From NCBI RefSeq assembly GCF_963921235.1, contig NC_086097.1:232130001-232194000 (forward strand): a DNA stretch of 64,000 nucleotides. Reading direction: 5' to 3'. Shown here piece after piece: positions 24,755 to 36,141 of this stretch. The first letter of the stretch is position 1; each line of letters starts with the position of its first letter. This stretch comes from Mobula hypostoma. Lineage: Eukaryota. Below the pieces are notes generated by a model. That model did no database searches and was not told where the DNA came from. It saw nothing but the letters and a program-made list of their open reading frames with translations. A program made the translations under genes and the position numbers.

Positions 24755-25439
24755 GTGTAGGGGAACACTTTGCATTTTGCGATCTTAATGGAAGAAGATA
24801 GGTCTGGTCCTCAGGTTGAGATTCTAAACGGGAAAAAAAGCCTATTTTGATGGTAGTTGAAAGGGTTGAGCAAGTGTAGATTGGGACAGGCTGTGTTCTG
24901 GAAAATGATTTACTTGGTAAGTGGGACGCCTTCAAAAATGAAATTCTGAGAGTAGAGTATGTATGTTTCTGTCAGAATAAAAGACAAGGATAACAGGTTT
25001 AGGGAACTTAGGCTTTTGAAAGATATTGAGACATGGTTTTAAGAAAGAAAAGGAGGCACATAGCAGGTATAGGCAGGTAGGAACAAATGAGGTACCTGTG
25101 AAGTATAAGAAATGCAAGAGAACACTTAAGAAGGAAACGAGGAGGACTAAAGAACGTATGAGCTTGATCTAGCAGACATGTTAAAGCAGAATCCTAAGGG
25201 CTTCTACAGATATACTAAGAGCAAAAGGATATCAAAGGAAAATATTGATCCTCTGGAAGATCAGAGTGGGCATCTATGCGTAGAGCCAAAAGAGGTGGGG
25301 AAGATCTTAAATGGATTTTTTGAATCTGTTTTTACTCAGATGACAGATACAGAGCATAGAGATGTGAGGCAAAGCAGCAGCAAGGTCATGGACCCTATAG
25401 AGATTACAGAGAAGGAATTGTCTGCTGTCTTGAGGCAAA

Positions 25440-26129
25440 GGGAGGGGAGGAGAAGATGGCAGCGCGATGCAGCGCGCACAGCCACTCCGAAATGATGTCA
25501 TATTTGTAAGTAGGTACCGTGCACAATCCTGATTTGATGGAGACAGATGTGAGAAGCACGGAGGAACATCTGGAGAAACCTCTGAAATGCCCGCTTCGCT
25601 GCCGCTGCTACTGTGCGATCAAGAATCTCCGGAGGGGAAGGCTCCAAATCCTCGGCTTTGCCGATTGCCTGTTGCTGGGGCCGGGGTCGAAGCGCTCGGC
25701 AGAGATGATACTCGGTGCTCGGTGTTGGAGGGCTGGTCGGAGGCTCGAAGTTTTCGGAGGGACTCAAGAGTTGGCTGTGATCGGGTGCTTCCTGGGTGCT
25801 GCATCGGCAAGTTTGTGGCACTGGAAGCTCATGGCAGGGAGAGTTTTTCTTCCTTCTACCGTCTGCGCGAGATGATGGGAATTTCGAGAGACTTTGAGAC
25901 TTTTTTTTTTACCGTGCCCTTGGTCTGTTCTTTATCAAATTACGGTATTGTTTTGCATTGTTGTAACTATATGTTATAATCATGTGGTTTTTGTCAGTTT
26001 TTCAGTCTTGGTTTGTCTTGTGTTTCTGTGATATCATTCTGGAGGAACATTGTATCATTTCTTAATGCAGGCATTACTAAATGACAATAAAAGAGGACTG
26101 CGTGTCCTCATAATCTAAAAAAAATCTAA
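25440..26129 (+). mobile_element. Family X SINE-like element, copy 2 (full length)
   Basis: Starts GGGAGGGGAGGAGAAGATGGCAGCG and ends GAGGACTGCGTGTCCTCATAATCTAA. It splits the CR1 ORF2 sequence GAGGCAAA|TTAGAAT. Confidence 0.92.
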
Positions 26130-26400
26130 TTAGAATAGATAGATCCCCAGGTCTTGACAATGTGTTCCCTCAGGCCCTGTGGGGGCTAGTGGAGGAATTG
26201 TAGAGGCTCTAGTGGAGATATTTAAAATACTTTAGCCACGGGTGAAGTGCCAGAGGAGTGGAGGATAGTTAATGTTGTTCTGTTGTTTAAGGAAGGCTGA
26301 AGAATAAGGCAGGAAGTTATAGGCCAGTGAGCCTGACATCAGTAGCAGGAAAGTTATTGGAAGGGAATTCTAAGGGATATATTGCATAAGTACATGGATA

Positions 26401-27072
26401 AATGAAAGTATATTTATTATTAAAGTATGTGTACATTATACAACCTTGAGATTCGTCTCCTTCCAGGCAGCCACAGAGCAAATAAAACCCAACAGAACCC
26501 ATTAAAAATGAAGACAATCAACCACCCAATGTGCATCAAAATAAAACCAAATCGTGCAAACAATAAAAAGCACGCAAGTTGCATTCCGAACCAGAGTTCG
26601 CGAAAGTGAGTTCACAACCACAAGGCCAGTCACAGCCGATCCAGCAGCCTTTTAGTAGCAGGCCACAGTTTCAGATGAGTAAACCTCATGGAGCAGTGAC
26701 CTGAGCACCGGCCGTCTCTTGCCTCTGGCCCCGACACACTTACCTTCTGAGTCTGGCCCTGCGCTGAAAACGGCCAAACATCAGCTTGTTCCCCACTCTC
26801 AGGCCTGGGTTCTGCCGCATCGACTCTGCCTCACCTTGGTTCTTCCACTTTGAATTGGCTCCAAGTCCACTCCAGCAATGGCCAAAAGTTGCCTTGTTCC
26901 CCACTCTCGGGCCTGGGCCCCAATGCCTCGACTCTGGCAGTTCAAAAGCTCAACTCCAAAAGAGAAGTTACAGGCTGTAGATTGCAGTGATTGTTTTCCA
27001 GGAAAAGTGTGATTAATAAAGTAGTTATTAGTTAACAGGTCATCACTATATTTCACCAGCACAATCTTAAAT
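26401..27072 (-). mobile_element. Family Z non-tRNA SINE-like element with a Rex1-type tail
   Basis: TSD TGGATA at 26395-26400 and 27073-27078. Minus-strand 5' end is TTTAAGATTGTGCTGGTG. Tail GAATCTCAAGGTTGTATAATGTACACATACTTTAATAATAAA. Confidence 0.65.
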
Positions 27073-27264
27073 TGGATAGACAAGGGAGAGTCAACATGGG
27101 CTTTGTGCGTGATAAGTTGTAACTAATCAGTCTTATGGAGAAAGTTCCCAGGAAAGTTGATGAAGGCAAGGCTGGAGATGTTGTCTACATGGACTTTAGC
27201 AAGGCCTTTGACAAGGTCCCACAAGGGAGTTTGTTCAGGAAAATTCAGCTGCTTGTCATTCAAA

Positions 27265-27552
27265 AGAAAAAAAAGTTAAAGTCTGTCCCGAGCCTTGTGG
27301 CCCATCAGGCCGGTGCTTATGCCAGTTTCTGTGGTGTGAAGTGACTGAGATTACGAGACTCCCTCCCGGATAGGGCGCCAGTCTATCGCGAGGTTAACCC
27401 CCCAGCATTTGCTGGTACCCATTTTCAGCTGGGTGGACTGGAGCAGTGTGTGGTTAAGTGCCTTGCTCAAGGACACAACACACTGCCTTGGCCGAGACTC
27501 GAACCCACGACCTTCAGATCGTGAGCCCAACGCCCTAACCACTTGGCCACGC
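27265..27552 (-). mobile_element. tRNA-derived SINE, MetaSINE-like
   Basis: A box TGGCCAAGTGG and B box GGTTCGAGTCT. Central GTGTTGTGTCCTTGAGCAAGGCAC..CCACCCAGCTGAAAATGGGTACC..GCGATAGACTGGCG. Tail CAGACTTTAACTTT. Confidence 0.8.
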
Positions 27553-28059
27553 GGTAGTAAATTTAATTAGACATTGGCTTTGCAGAAGAAGCCAGAGAGT
27601 GGTAGTAAATGGTTGCCTCTCCGACCGGAGGCCTGTGACCAGTGATATGCCACATGGATTGGTGCTGGGTCTGTTGTCATTTGTCATCTATATCAATGAT
27701 CTGGATGATAATGTGATTAACTGGATCAGCAAGTTTGCAGATGACACTAATATGGTGAGTAGAGTGGACTGTGAGGAAGACTATCAAAGCTTGCAGCAGG
27801 ATCTGGACCAGCTGTAAAAATGGTTTGAAAAGTGGCAGATGGAATTTAGTGCAAACAAGTGCGAGGTGTTGCACTTTGGAAGGACCAACCAGGGTAGGTC
27901 TTACACTGTGAGCGGTAGTGCGGTTGGAGTGCTGTTGAACAGGGAATACAGATCCATAATTCCTTGAGAGTAGCATCACACGTAGGTAGTGTTGTTAAAA
28001 AAAGCTTTTGGCACATTGGCCTTCACAAATCTATGTATTGAGTACAGGAGATGGGATTC

Positions 28060-28520
28060 CCAAAGAAAGGGGCTTCCCTTCCTTCACCATCAACACTGTC
28101 CTCAACAGCATATCTTCCTCATCTACAACCTCATCAGCCCCGCATCCAGCACGTAATTCTTCTTAACTTCCACCATTTCCAATGGGATCCCACCACCAAG
28201 AACATCTTTTCCTCCCCCCCAACTTTCTGCTTTCCACAGGGGATCACTTCCTACACGACTCCCTTGTCCATTCATTCCTCCCCACTGATATCCCTCCTGA
28301 CACTTATCCTTGCAAGCGGAACAAGTACTACACCTGCTCCGACACTTCCTCCCACACTACCATTCAGGGCCCCAAACAGTCCTTCCAGGTGAGGTGACAG
28401 CACCCCTCCCCCTTCCCAGTTTCACCTATAACCTACTACCTTGTATTTCTTCCTCCCCTCCCCCCACCTTCTTACTCTGACCTCTCATCTTTTTACTGTC
28501 CTGATGAGAGGTCTCAGACC
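28060..28520 (+). mobile_element. Penelope-like element fragment (left arm of an inverted pair)
   Basis: ORF 28182-28397: LHDSLVHS..PDTYPCKRNKYYTC..TIQGPKQSFQVR. Confidence 0.85.
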
Positions 28521-29482
28521 GAACCCTTCAGCAGGACTGCAGAAGAGAAGATGAAGAGGAGAGTTCAAAGATGGGGGAGGGGAAGGAGAAACACAAGGTG
28601 ATAGGTGAAACCGGGAGGGGGAGGGATGAAGGTAAGATTTAAGAAGTTGATTGGTGAAAGCAATACAGGGCAGGAGAAAGGGAATCTAATAAGAAAGGCC
28701 GTGGAAGAAAGAAAACAGGGAGGAACTCCTGAAGGAGGCGATGAGCAGGCAAACAGATAAGCTGAGAGAGGGAAAAAAGGGATGGGGACTTGTGAAGGAG
28801 AGGGGATAGGGCATTACCAGAAGTTTGAGAAATTGATGTTTATGCCATCAGGTTGGAGGCTACCCAGATAGAATATGAAGTGTTATTCCTCCAACCTGAG
28901 TGTAGCCTCATCGAGCCAGTAGTGGAGGCCGTGGATAGACATATCAGAATGGGAGTGGGAAGTGGAAATAAAATGGGTGGCCACTGGGAGATCCCACTTC
29001 TTCCAGTGCTTGTGAAGCAGCCTCCCAATCTACATCAGGTCTCACACGCGTACAGGAGGTCACACCAGGAACACCCTATCCCCTCTCCTTCACAGTATAT
29101 GACCCCAACAGACTCACAAGTGAAGTGTCTGGAAGGACTGTTTGGGGCCCTGAATGGTAGTGAGGGAGGAGGTGTAGGGGCAAGTGTAGCACTTGTACCG
29201 CTTGCAAGGATAAGTGCCAGGAGGGAGATCAGTGGAGGGGAAGAATGGACAAGGGAGTTGCATAGGGAACGATCCCTGTGGAAAGTAGAAAGTTAGGGGG
29301 AGGGGAAGATGTGCTTGGCGGTGGGATCCAGTTCGAGATGGCGGAAATATGTGCTGGATGTGGAGGCTGGTGGGGTGGTAGGTGAGGACAAGAGGAATCC
29401 TATCCTTGGTAGGGTGGCGGGAAATGGAAGAGATGCATTTGCGGGCAGTGTTGATTGTGGAGGAAGGGAAACACCTTTCTTT
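28521..29482 (-). mobile_element. Penelope-like element fragment (right arm of an inverted pair)
   Basis: ORF 29114-29551: RIPLVLTYHP..PGTYPCKRYKCYTCPY, with the GIY-YIG C-terminus at 28830-29030. Confidence 0.88.
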
Positions 29483-30339
29483 GTTCCATTTCTTTGCCCC
29501 ATTTGGACAAATTCTCAAAGGGACAGGGAGCGCTCTGCCCAAAATCGACATTAATTTATTATTCTCACCACCTCCACCACCTCACTCCAGATATTGTTGC
29601 ACAGTCATTGAAAAATTCTATTTCAAGTTTTCAGTGGTGTGATTATCAATCTCAAGTGAAGAAGGAGAGCTAGCTGAAGTATACTTCAATAAGATAGATC
29701 AGAACTTTGATTTGCAGCCTCTCATACTAAACTTGTGTCATTGTGTGGTCTGATGTCATTTATGTTGATTGCTTAAAAGGACAACCTCAAAACAGCAATG
29801 AAGTGAGCAATTTCTTTCAATACTCAAGCCAAGAATCACATCTCCATCTGAAAAAGTATCAGCATTGTTGAATTAAATGGCTGCATTGTGTTTTAATGAA
29901 GGTGATATATAGTCCCGTTCTATGCCATGAAGAGGCTAATTTCCTCCACTGCATTACAACTGGCAAATTGTGCCCTGGGAGGTTTAGAAAATAAAGTCCC
30001 TTTTTAGCATTAGCAAGTTGTTAGACTGGAAGCATGAGCTGGACGTGAGGGCTTTTGGGGGATGGTTACAATTGCTCTCCAATCCGACATGAATGAATAT
30101 GTCACTGAAGAGCAGCTCATTCCGTGGTCAGATTTCTATCCTGCTCCTCACTGGAGCAATAGTGAGTTTGCACAGCAAGAAAAGAGAGGGTGAGGCTTGG
30201 CGAAAAATTCAGCTCCAGGGCTCATTCATCTTACACTTAATCCTCCTCCCATTTGGACAAGTTCTCAAAGGGACAGGGAGCACTCTGCTCGAAACAGACC
30301 ACCATATTATTGTAAGTCAGAGCCAGAGGTAGGCCCCAG

Positions 30340-30620
30340 GGCAAAAGTCAAAGTAAATTTATTATCAAAACACAAATGTGTCCCCATATACTACCTTGAG
30401 ATTCATTTTCATAAAGAAAATGAAGAAATACAATAGAATTTATGAAGAATTATACATAAATAAACACTGCAAAATAAGAAAAATTGTGCAAATAAGGAAA
30501 TAAGTAAGTAACATTGTGAAGTTGAGTTGCAGAGTCCTTGAAAATGTAGGTTGTGGACTCAGTTCAGTGTTGAGAGATGAGTGAAGTTATCCACGCAGTT
30601 CAGGAGCCTGATGGTTTTAG
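30340..30620 (-). mobile_element. Rex1-type 3' tail fragment
   Basis: AAAGTCAAAGTAAATTTATTATCAAA, the reverse complement of the shared tail. Confidence 0.7.
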
Positions 30621-30709
30621 GGAATTACAAACTGGTCCTGATAGGTATATCATACAGCTGTAATGGTATTGCAAACGATTCACAAATTAATGTTGGTGGA
30701 TCTCAACAG

Positions 30710-30922
30710 GTATCTACAAAACACAGGAAGTTGTATCTTTCTAGAGCCATTGCCACAGACAGCTTTGGAGGCCAAGTCATTGGGTATATTAGTTAGGGCT
30801 TCAAAAATTACAAGGAGAAGGCAGGGGTTGAGAGAGATTATAACTCAGCCATGCTGGAGTGACAGAGCAGATTGGATTGGCCAAATAGCCTAATTCTGCT
30901 CCTACGTCTTATGGTCTTATGT
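30710..30922 (+). mobile_element. CR1 3' UTR fragment
   Basis: GGAGGCCAAGTCATTGGGTATATT..GCCTAATTCTGCTCCTA.GTCTTATGGTCTTAT. Confidence 0.75.
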
Positions 30923-31331
30923 TATGATTCCATGTACATACTGAAACTCAGAATTAGTGATACAACAGAGGAAGCTTATATTCGTTATAATTAGGAAGCA
31001 GATCTAGATCAACATGTGATGGAAAGTCCATAAAGAGACTCACACTATGACTAATGACAGCAAAATGTATTGTTAACTCTGAATATGAATCAGATTTATT
31101 GTCACTGATATTTGTCATTTTGTTGTTTTCTAGCAGCAGAAGTACAGAGTAAGCATAACCAAATATTACAAGTTACAAACAAAAAATCAATAAATAGTGC
31201 AAAAGAGTAGCATCCATAGGTTTGTTGACTGCTGAGAAATCTGATAGCAGAAGGGAAGAACTTGTTACTGAAATGTTGAGTGTGGGTCTTATTGCTCCTC
31301 TCCTCCTCCCTGATAGTAGTAATGAGTAAAG

Positions 31332-32352
31332 GCCCCCTCGTGCTCATCACACTGAGCACGGGGGCCCCCCAGGGCTGTGTGCTCAGTCCACTGCTGTTCA
31401 CTCTGCTGACCCACGACTGTGCAGCAATACACAGCTTGAATCACATCACCAAGTTCACCAATGACACAACCATGGTGGGTCTCATCAGCAAGAACGATGA
31501 GTCAGCATGCAGAGAGGAGGTGCAGCGGCTAACGGACTAGTGCAGAGCCAACAACCTGTCTCTGAATGTGAACAAAACAAAAGAGATGGTTGTTGACTTC
31601 AGGAGAACATGGAGCGACCACTCTCCACTGAACATTGATGGCTCCTCTGTTGAGATCATTAAGAGCACCAAATTTGTTGGTGTTCACCTGGTGGAGAATC
31701 TCACCTGGTCCCTCAACACCAGCTCCATAGCCAAGAAAGCCCAGCAGCGTCTCTACTTTCTGTGAAGGTTGAGAAAAGTCCATCTCCCACCCCCCATCCT
31801 CACCACATTCTACAGAGGATGTATCGAGAGCATCCTGAGCAGCTGCATCACTGCCCGGTTCGGGAATTGCACCGTCTCGGATCGCAAGACCCTGCCGAGG
31901 ATAGTGAGATCAGCTGAGAAGATCATCGGGGTCTCTCTTCCTGCCATTACAGACATTTACACTACACGCTGCACCCATAAAGCCAACAGCATTGTGAAAG
32001 ACCCCACGCACCCCTCACACAAACTCTTCTCCCTCCCGCCATCTAGCATAAGGTACCGAAGCATTCGGGCTCTCACGACCAGACTGTGCAACAATTTCTT
32101 CCCTCAAGCCATCGGACTCCTCAATACCCAGAGATTAGACTAACATCCACATCATTTATTATTATATTGTAATTTGTCCTCTACTGTGCCTATTGTCTTG
32201 TTTATTATTTATTGTACTGCCCTGCACTGTTTTGTGCACCTTATGTAGTCCTGGGTAGGTCTGTAGTCTCGTGTAGTTTTTGTGTTGTTTTACGTAGTCT
32301 AGTGTAGCCTTGTGCTGTCTCACTTAGTCTAGTGTAGTTTTGTGTTGTTTCT
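31332..32352 (+). mobile_element. Rex1/Babar LINE 3' part, inserted in an older minus-strand Rex1 fragment (about 31080-31331 and 32353-32745)
   Basis: ORFs 31280-31540 ([13 protein letters not shown]), 31568-31765 and 31769-32143. The 3' UTR contains TAGTCTAGTGTAG tandem units. Confidence 0.9.
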
Positions 32353-33139
32353 TGATGGTGGGGAGGTCTATACCCATGGTGGAGCTGGCCAAGTCTACAA
32401 CCTTCTGAAGGCCCTTGCTATGGTTTGCATTGGCAACTCCATTCCAGATGATGATGATGCAACCAGTCAGAAAGCTCTCTACTGTACATCTGTAGAAATT
32501 TGCTAGTCTTCGGTGACATATCAAATCTGCAGATGAAGTGTAGCCACTGGCATGTCTTCATTGTCATTGCATCAATATGTTGATCTCAGCTTCGATCATC
32601 TGAGATGTTAACACCCAGGAACTTGAAGCTGTTCCACTGCTGACCCTTCAATGAGTACCAGGGTATGTTTTCGTTATATCTCCTTCCTGAAGTCCACAAT
32701 CATTTCTTTGGGCTCGCTGATGCTGGGTGTAAGGTTGTTGTGACACTAATCAACAGCTGCCAGGAGAAAAATGGTACATCCTCTTACTTGCACATGACCT
32801 CCATGTGTGCTGTGAGTGAAGAGACAGGATCTGATGTCACCTGTTGATTGGTTCTTTATACAGAAGATCTTAGCAAGCAACAATTTGAGTTGATAAAGGC
32901 ACTATTTTACTGCTGACAAATGAATCATACACAAGGAAGGTCAATGGCACTAGGCAAAATAATAGTTCAGCACAAACTGGATGGGCTGATTGGCCTTTCT
33001 GTTCTGTAGTTTTCTGTGACTTGGATAAGGAAAAGTGCTGCCTCAAGGAAGGTGGATACTTCAAAAGAAAATTGCATTAAAAGCATCAATGGTGAGTAAG
33101 GTTTTTGCTTTCTCTAGATGATAGAGAAAATATCTAGAT

Positions 33140-33545
33140 ATTTTCTGCCGTCATCAAGAGGAAGGTACCGGAGCCTCAGGACTCACACCACCAGGTTCAG
33201 GAATAGTTACTACCCTTCAACCATTAAGCTCTTGAACCAAAGGTATAACTTCACTCAACTTCACTTGCCCCTTCATTGAAATGTTCCTACAAACAGTGGA
33301 CTCACTTTCTGGGTCCCTGTCTCATGTTCTCGATACTTATTGCTAATTTATTTACTATTATTGTTTCTTCTTTTGCATTTGTACAGTTATCTGTCTTCTG
33401 CACTCTGTTTGAACAGCCTAGTTGAGTGGTCTTTCAGTAGTTCTGTTATAGTTATTATTCTGTAGATTTGTTAGAAAATGAAGCTTGGGGTTATATTTGG
33501 TCACATATATGTACTTTGATAATAAAATTTACTTTGAACTTTGAT
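33140..33545 (+). mobile_element. Rex1-type 3' fragment
   Basis: RSLRTHTTRFRNSYYP motif and the shared tail. Confidence 0.8.
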
Positions 33546-33589
33546 TGAAACCAAACGTTTGTTCAGCCACCATCAACGGAGAGAATAAA

Positions 33590-33750
33590 ACAAAAAAAAA
33601 GAAAACGCTGGCAAAACCCAGTAGGTCAGGCTACACCTGTAGGGTGAGAAACAGAGTCAATGTTTCAGGTCAGAGACTGGGACGGGAACAGAAGAAAATT
33701 GATAAGGGAAGGGTGGGGTAGAGATGTGCCTCTGATGGGATGAAACCAAA
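33590..33750 (-). mobile_element. Degenerate PLE terminal fragment
   Basis: AACGCTGGCAAAACCCAGTAGGTCAGG..GTCAATGTTTCAGGTCAGAGAC resembles the pLTR and hammerhead end of other copies. Confidence 0.55.
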
Positions 33751-33939
33751 GTGACTATGGCAATATGTTCTGGCAGGTCATCTGGTCAATCTGGATGCAG
33801 TGAGAAAATGAGACTATTGACACAAGAACTAAGACAAAAGAACAAGGGATCTGCAAAATGCAGAGCCTGTAATGTATCTGCCTCTACACCACCACTGACA
33901 GGGATTTCCATGGACCTTTCACTCTGTGTACAGAGAACT

Positions 33940-34810
33940 TGACATCTGACGTCTCCCCAATACTTTCCTCCATTAACCTTAAAATTTGCCCCTTCTATTA
34001 GCCATTTTTGCTCTAGGGAAAAGTCTCTGGCTATCCACTGTATCGGTGTCTTTTATCATCACGTATACGTCTATCAAGTTACCTCTCAGTCTCGATCACT
34101 CCAAAGAGAAAAGCCCTAACTAGCTCAACCTGTCTTCATAAGGCATACCTCTAGTCCAGGTAACATCTGGAAAGTCTGTTCTGCACCCTCTTTAAAGCTT
34201 CCACATCCTTCTGGTAATGAGGAAGTGTGTAGAATGGAGTGGCCTAACCAGCTACAACATTACCTCGTGGCTCTTGAATTCAATCCACTGACTAATGAAG
34301 ACCATTACACCATACACCTGCTTAGCCAGTCCTCACCAGTATCTGTATAACTGTACTAATACCTCCCTGTTTCTAAACTTCAACCATTTTGCAATCAAGG
34401 GAAATATGCCAATTGCCTCCCTCCCCACATGCTGTACCTGCCTCTTACTTTGTGTAATTCATACTGAGAACACCCAGGTCTCTCTGTGCCTTGCTCTTTT
34501 GCAATCTTTCTCTATTTAAATAATAGCCTGAATTACATTCCTCTTTCCAAAGTGCACAATCTCACATTCCTGCATTGAAGTCCATTTGCCAAGTTTTCAC
34601 CCATTCATCCAGTCTGGCCATATCCTCTTACAGAGTCCAATTATTCTCAGCACCCCCTTGAATATTAAAAAACAAATCTATCAGACTCTTAAATATTTTC
34701 AGAACCAGAGTCTCCAGTGCCCCCTTGACAATACAATTCCAAAGATCCATTCACATGAGTAGAGAAGCTATTCTCATTTCAGTCTTGACTTGTCAGCCCT
34801 TTATTTTAAG
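33940..34810 (-). mobile_element. Old CR1 3' fragments
   Basis: Similar to the CR1 3' regions at 6840-7400 and 9150-9480. Confidence 0.65.
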
Positions 34811-35813
34811 ACTGTGATTCCTGGTGCTGTGCACAGCAAACATCGAGGCCCTTATTGGTTTGTTGTTCTATGTGATCACTGGACTAGGAAACATAACAAA
34901 TGCAGTCTGCTTAATCCTTCCTCCTGCTGTTTCAGGAATCAATCTTACTTTATCCTTACCTTCATAAGTTACCATGTGTTATGTGTACTACTGTGATTTA
35001 CATCCTGGTTCCGAGAAGTGTTATCTCATTTCTATATACATTATATATATGTATATAGTTACATGACAATAAATGACTTGATTTGACTTTGCTTCAATAT
35101 TTGAGGAATAAACATTGGGAAACAACCATGAGTAGCCTCATTCCTGGTATTGTAATAGGGGTGTGCTGTTAATGAGTTATTTAAAGATAATTTTCTCTTC
35201 ATCATATTTTTTGCATTGATTATCACAGCCCTTATCCTTCTCAATCCAGGCAGGAAAAGCCAAGTTTATGCAACCTGATCTCTTCACTTAGTCTCTAAGC
35301 TCTGATATATATTGGACTCCCTTCAAGGCCATAAGACTATAAGATATAGGAGCATAATTAGGTATTTCAGACCTTCAGACCTTTTCGTTTCCCAAGTACC
35401 TTCTCCCTAGTAATGGCAACTTCCCACACTTCTTTCCCCTGACATTCTCGAAATTCCAACGTACTGCTAGTGTCTTCCACTGTGAAGACTGATGCAAAAT
35501 ATTTATCCAGTTCATCCGCCATTTCCTTGACCCCACATTACTACCTTTCCAGCAGTCCAATATCTACTCTCGCCCCTTTTACACTTTATGTATCTGAAGA
35601 AATTTTTGGTATCATCTTTAATATTATTGGTTCGCTTTATGACTCTTTAGTTGCCTTCTGTTGGTTTTTAAAAGCTTCCCAATCCTCAAACTTCCTACTA
35701 ATTTTTGCTCCATTATATGCCCTCTTTTTAGCTTTTTTGTTGGCTTTGACTTCTCTTATTGGCCACAGGTGTGTCATCTTTCCTTTAGAATGCTTCCTCC
35801 TCTTTGGGATGTA

Positions 35814-36141
35814 CGAGGGATGATTGATAAGTTTGTGGCCTAAGGTAGAAGGAGTCAATTTTAGAAAACCTAGCACATTTATTTTTCCTATGTTTACACA
35901 TTAGTCCAGCGGTCATGGAGCATATGGATCCCTTCTTTGTAGAAGTCGGCGTCTTGGACCTCCAGAAGTGGGTCACAGCCGGGGTGATTGATAAGTTTGT
36001 GGCCTAAAGTAGACGGAGATGAGGAGAAATTTCAAAATTTCTGCATTTTCACTCAAAGCGTTGAACTGCACGTGCATGTAACGAGAGCTGTATAACTCAT
36101 CTCCTTCTTCCTTAGGCCACAAACTTATCAATCACCCCTCA
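35814..36141 (-). mobile_element. Tc1/mariner MITE
   Basis: TIRs of about 40 bp (CGAGGG(A/G)TGATTGATAAGTTTGTGGCCTAAGG..) flanked by TA. The minus strand at 35895-35970 encodes FLEVQDADFYKEGIHMLHDRWT, a mariner C-terminus. Confidence 0.9.

Larger units (their letters stand above)
21850..28055 (+). mobile_element. Near-full-length decayed CR1 LINE hosting four insertions
   Basis: ORF1 (DDYTCKK, VIGDSL, VHIGTNDMG), endonuclease (YFNVRSIVGKADEL, ORF 22723-23118) and RT pieces (25178, 27135, 27599). Cut off at 3' by a PLE. Confidence 0.88.

Noticed and set aside
27480..27552. tRNA gene (also at 42825, 51975 and 63135)
   Set aside because: The A/B boxes run straight into SINE bodies with no complete cloverleaf or terminator.
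32255..32352. Spaced TAGTCTAGTGTAG repeats as a CRISPR-like array
   Set aside because: These are irregular tandem units in a LINE 3' UTR, in a eukaryotic context with no cas genes.
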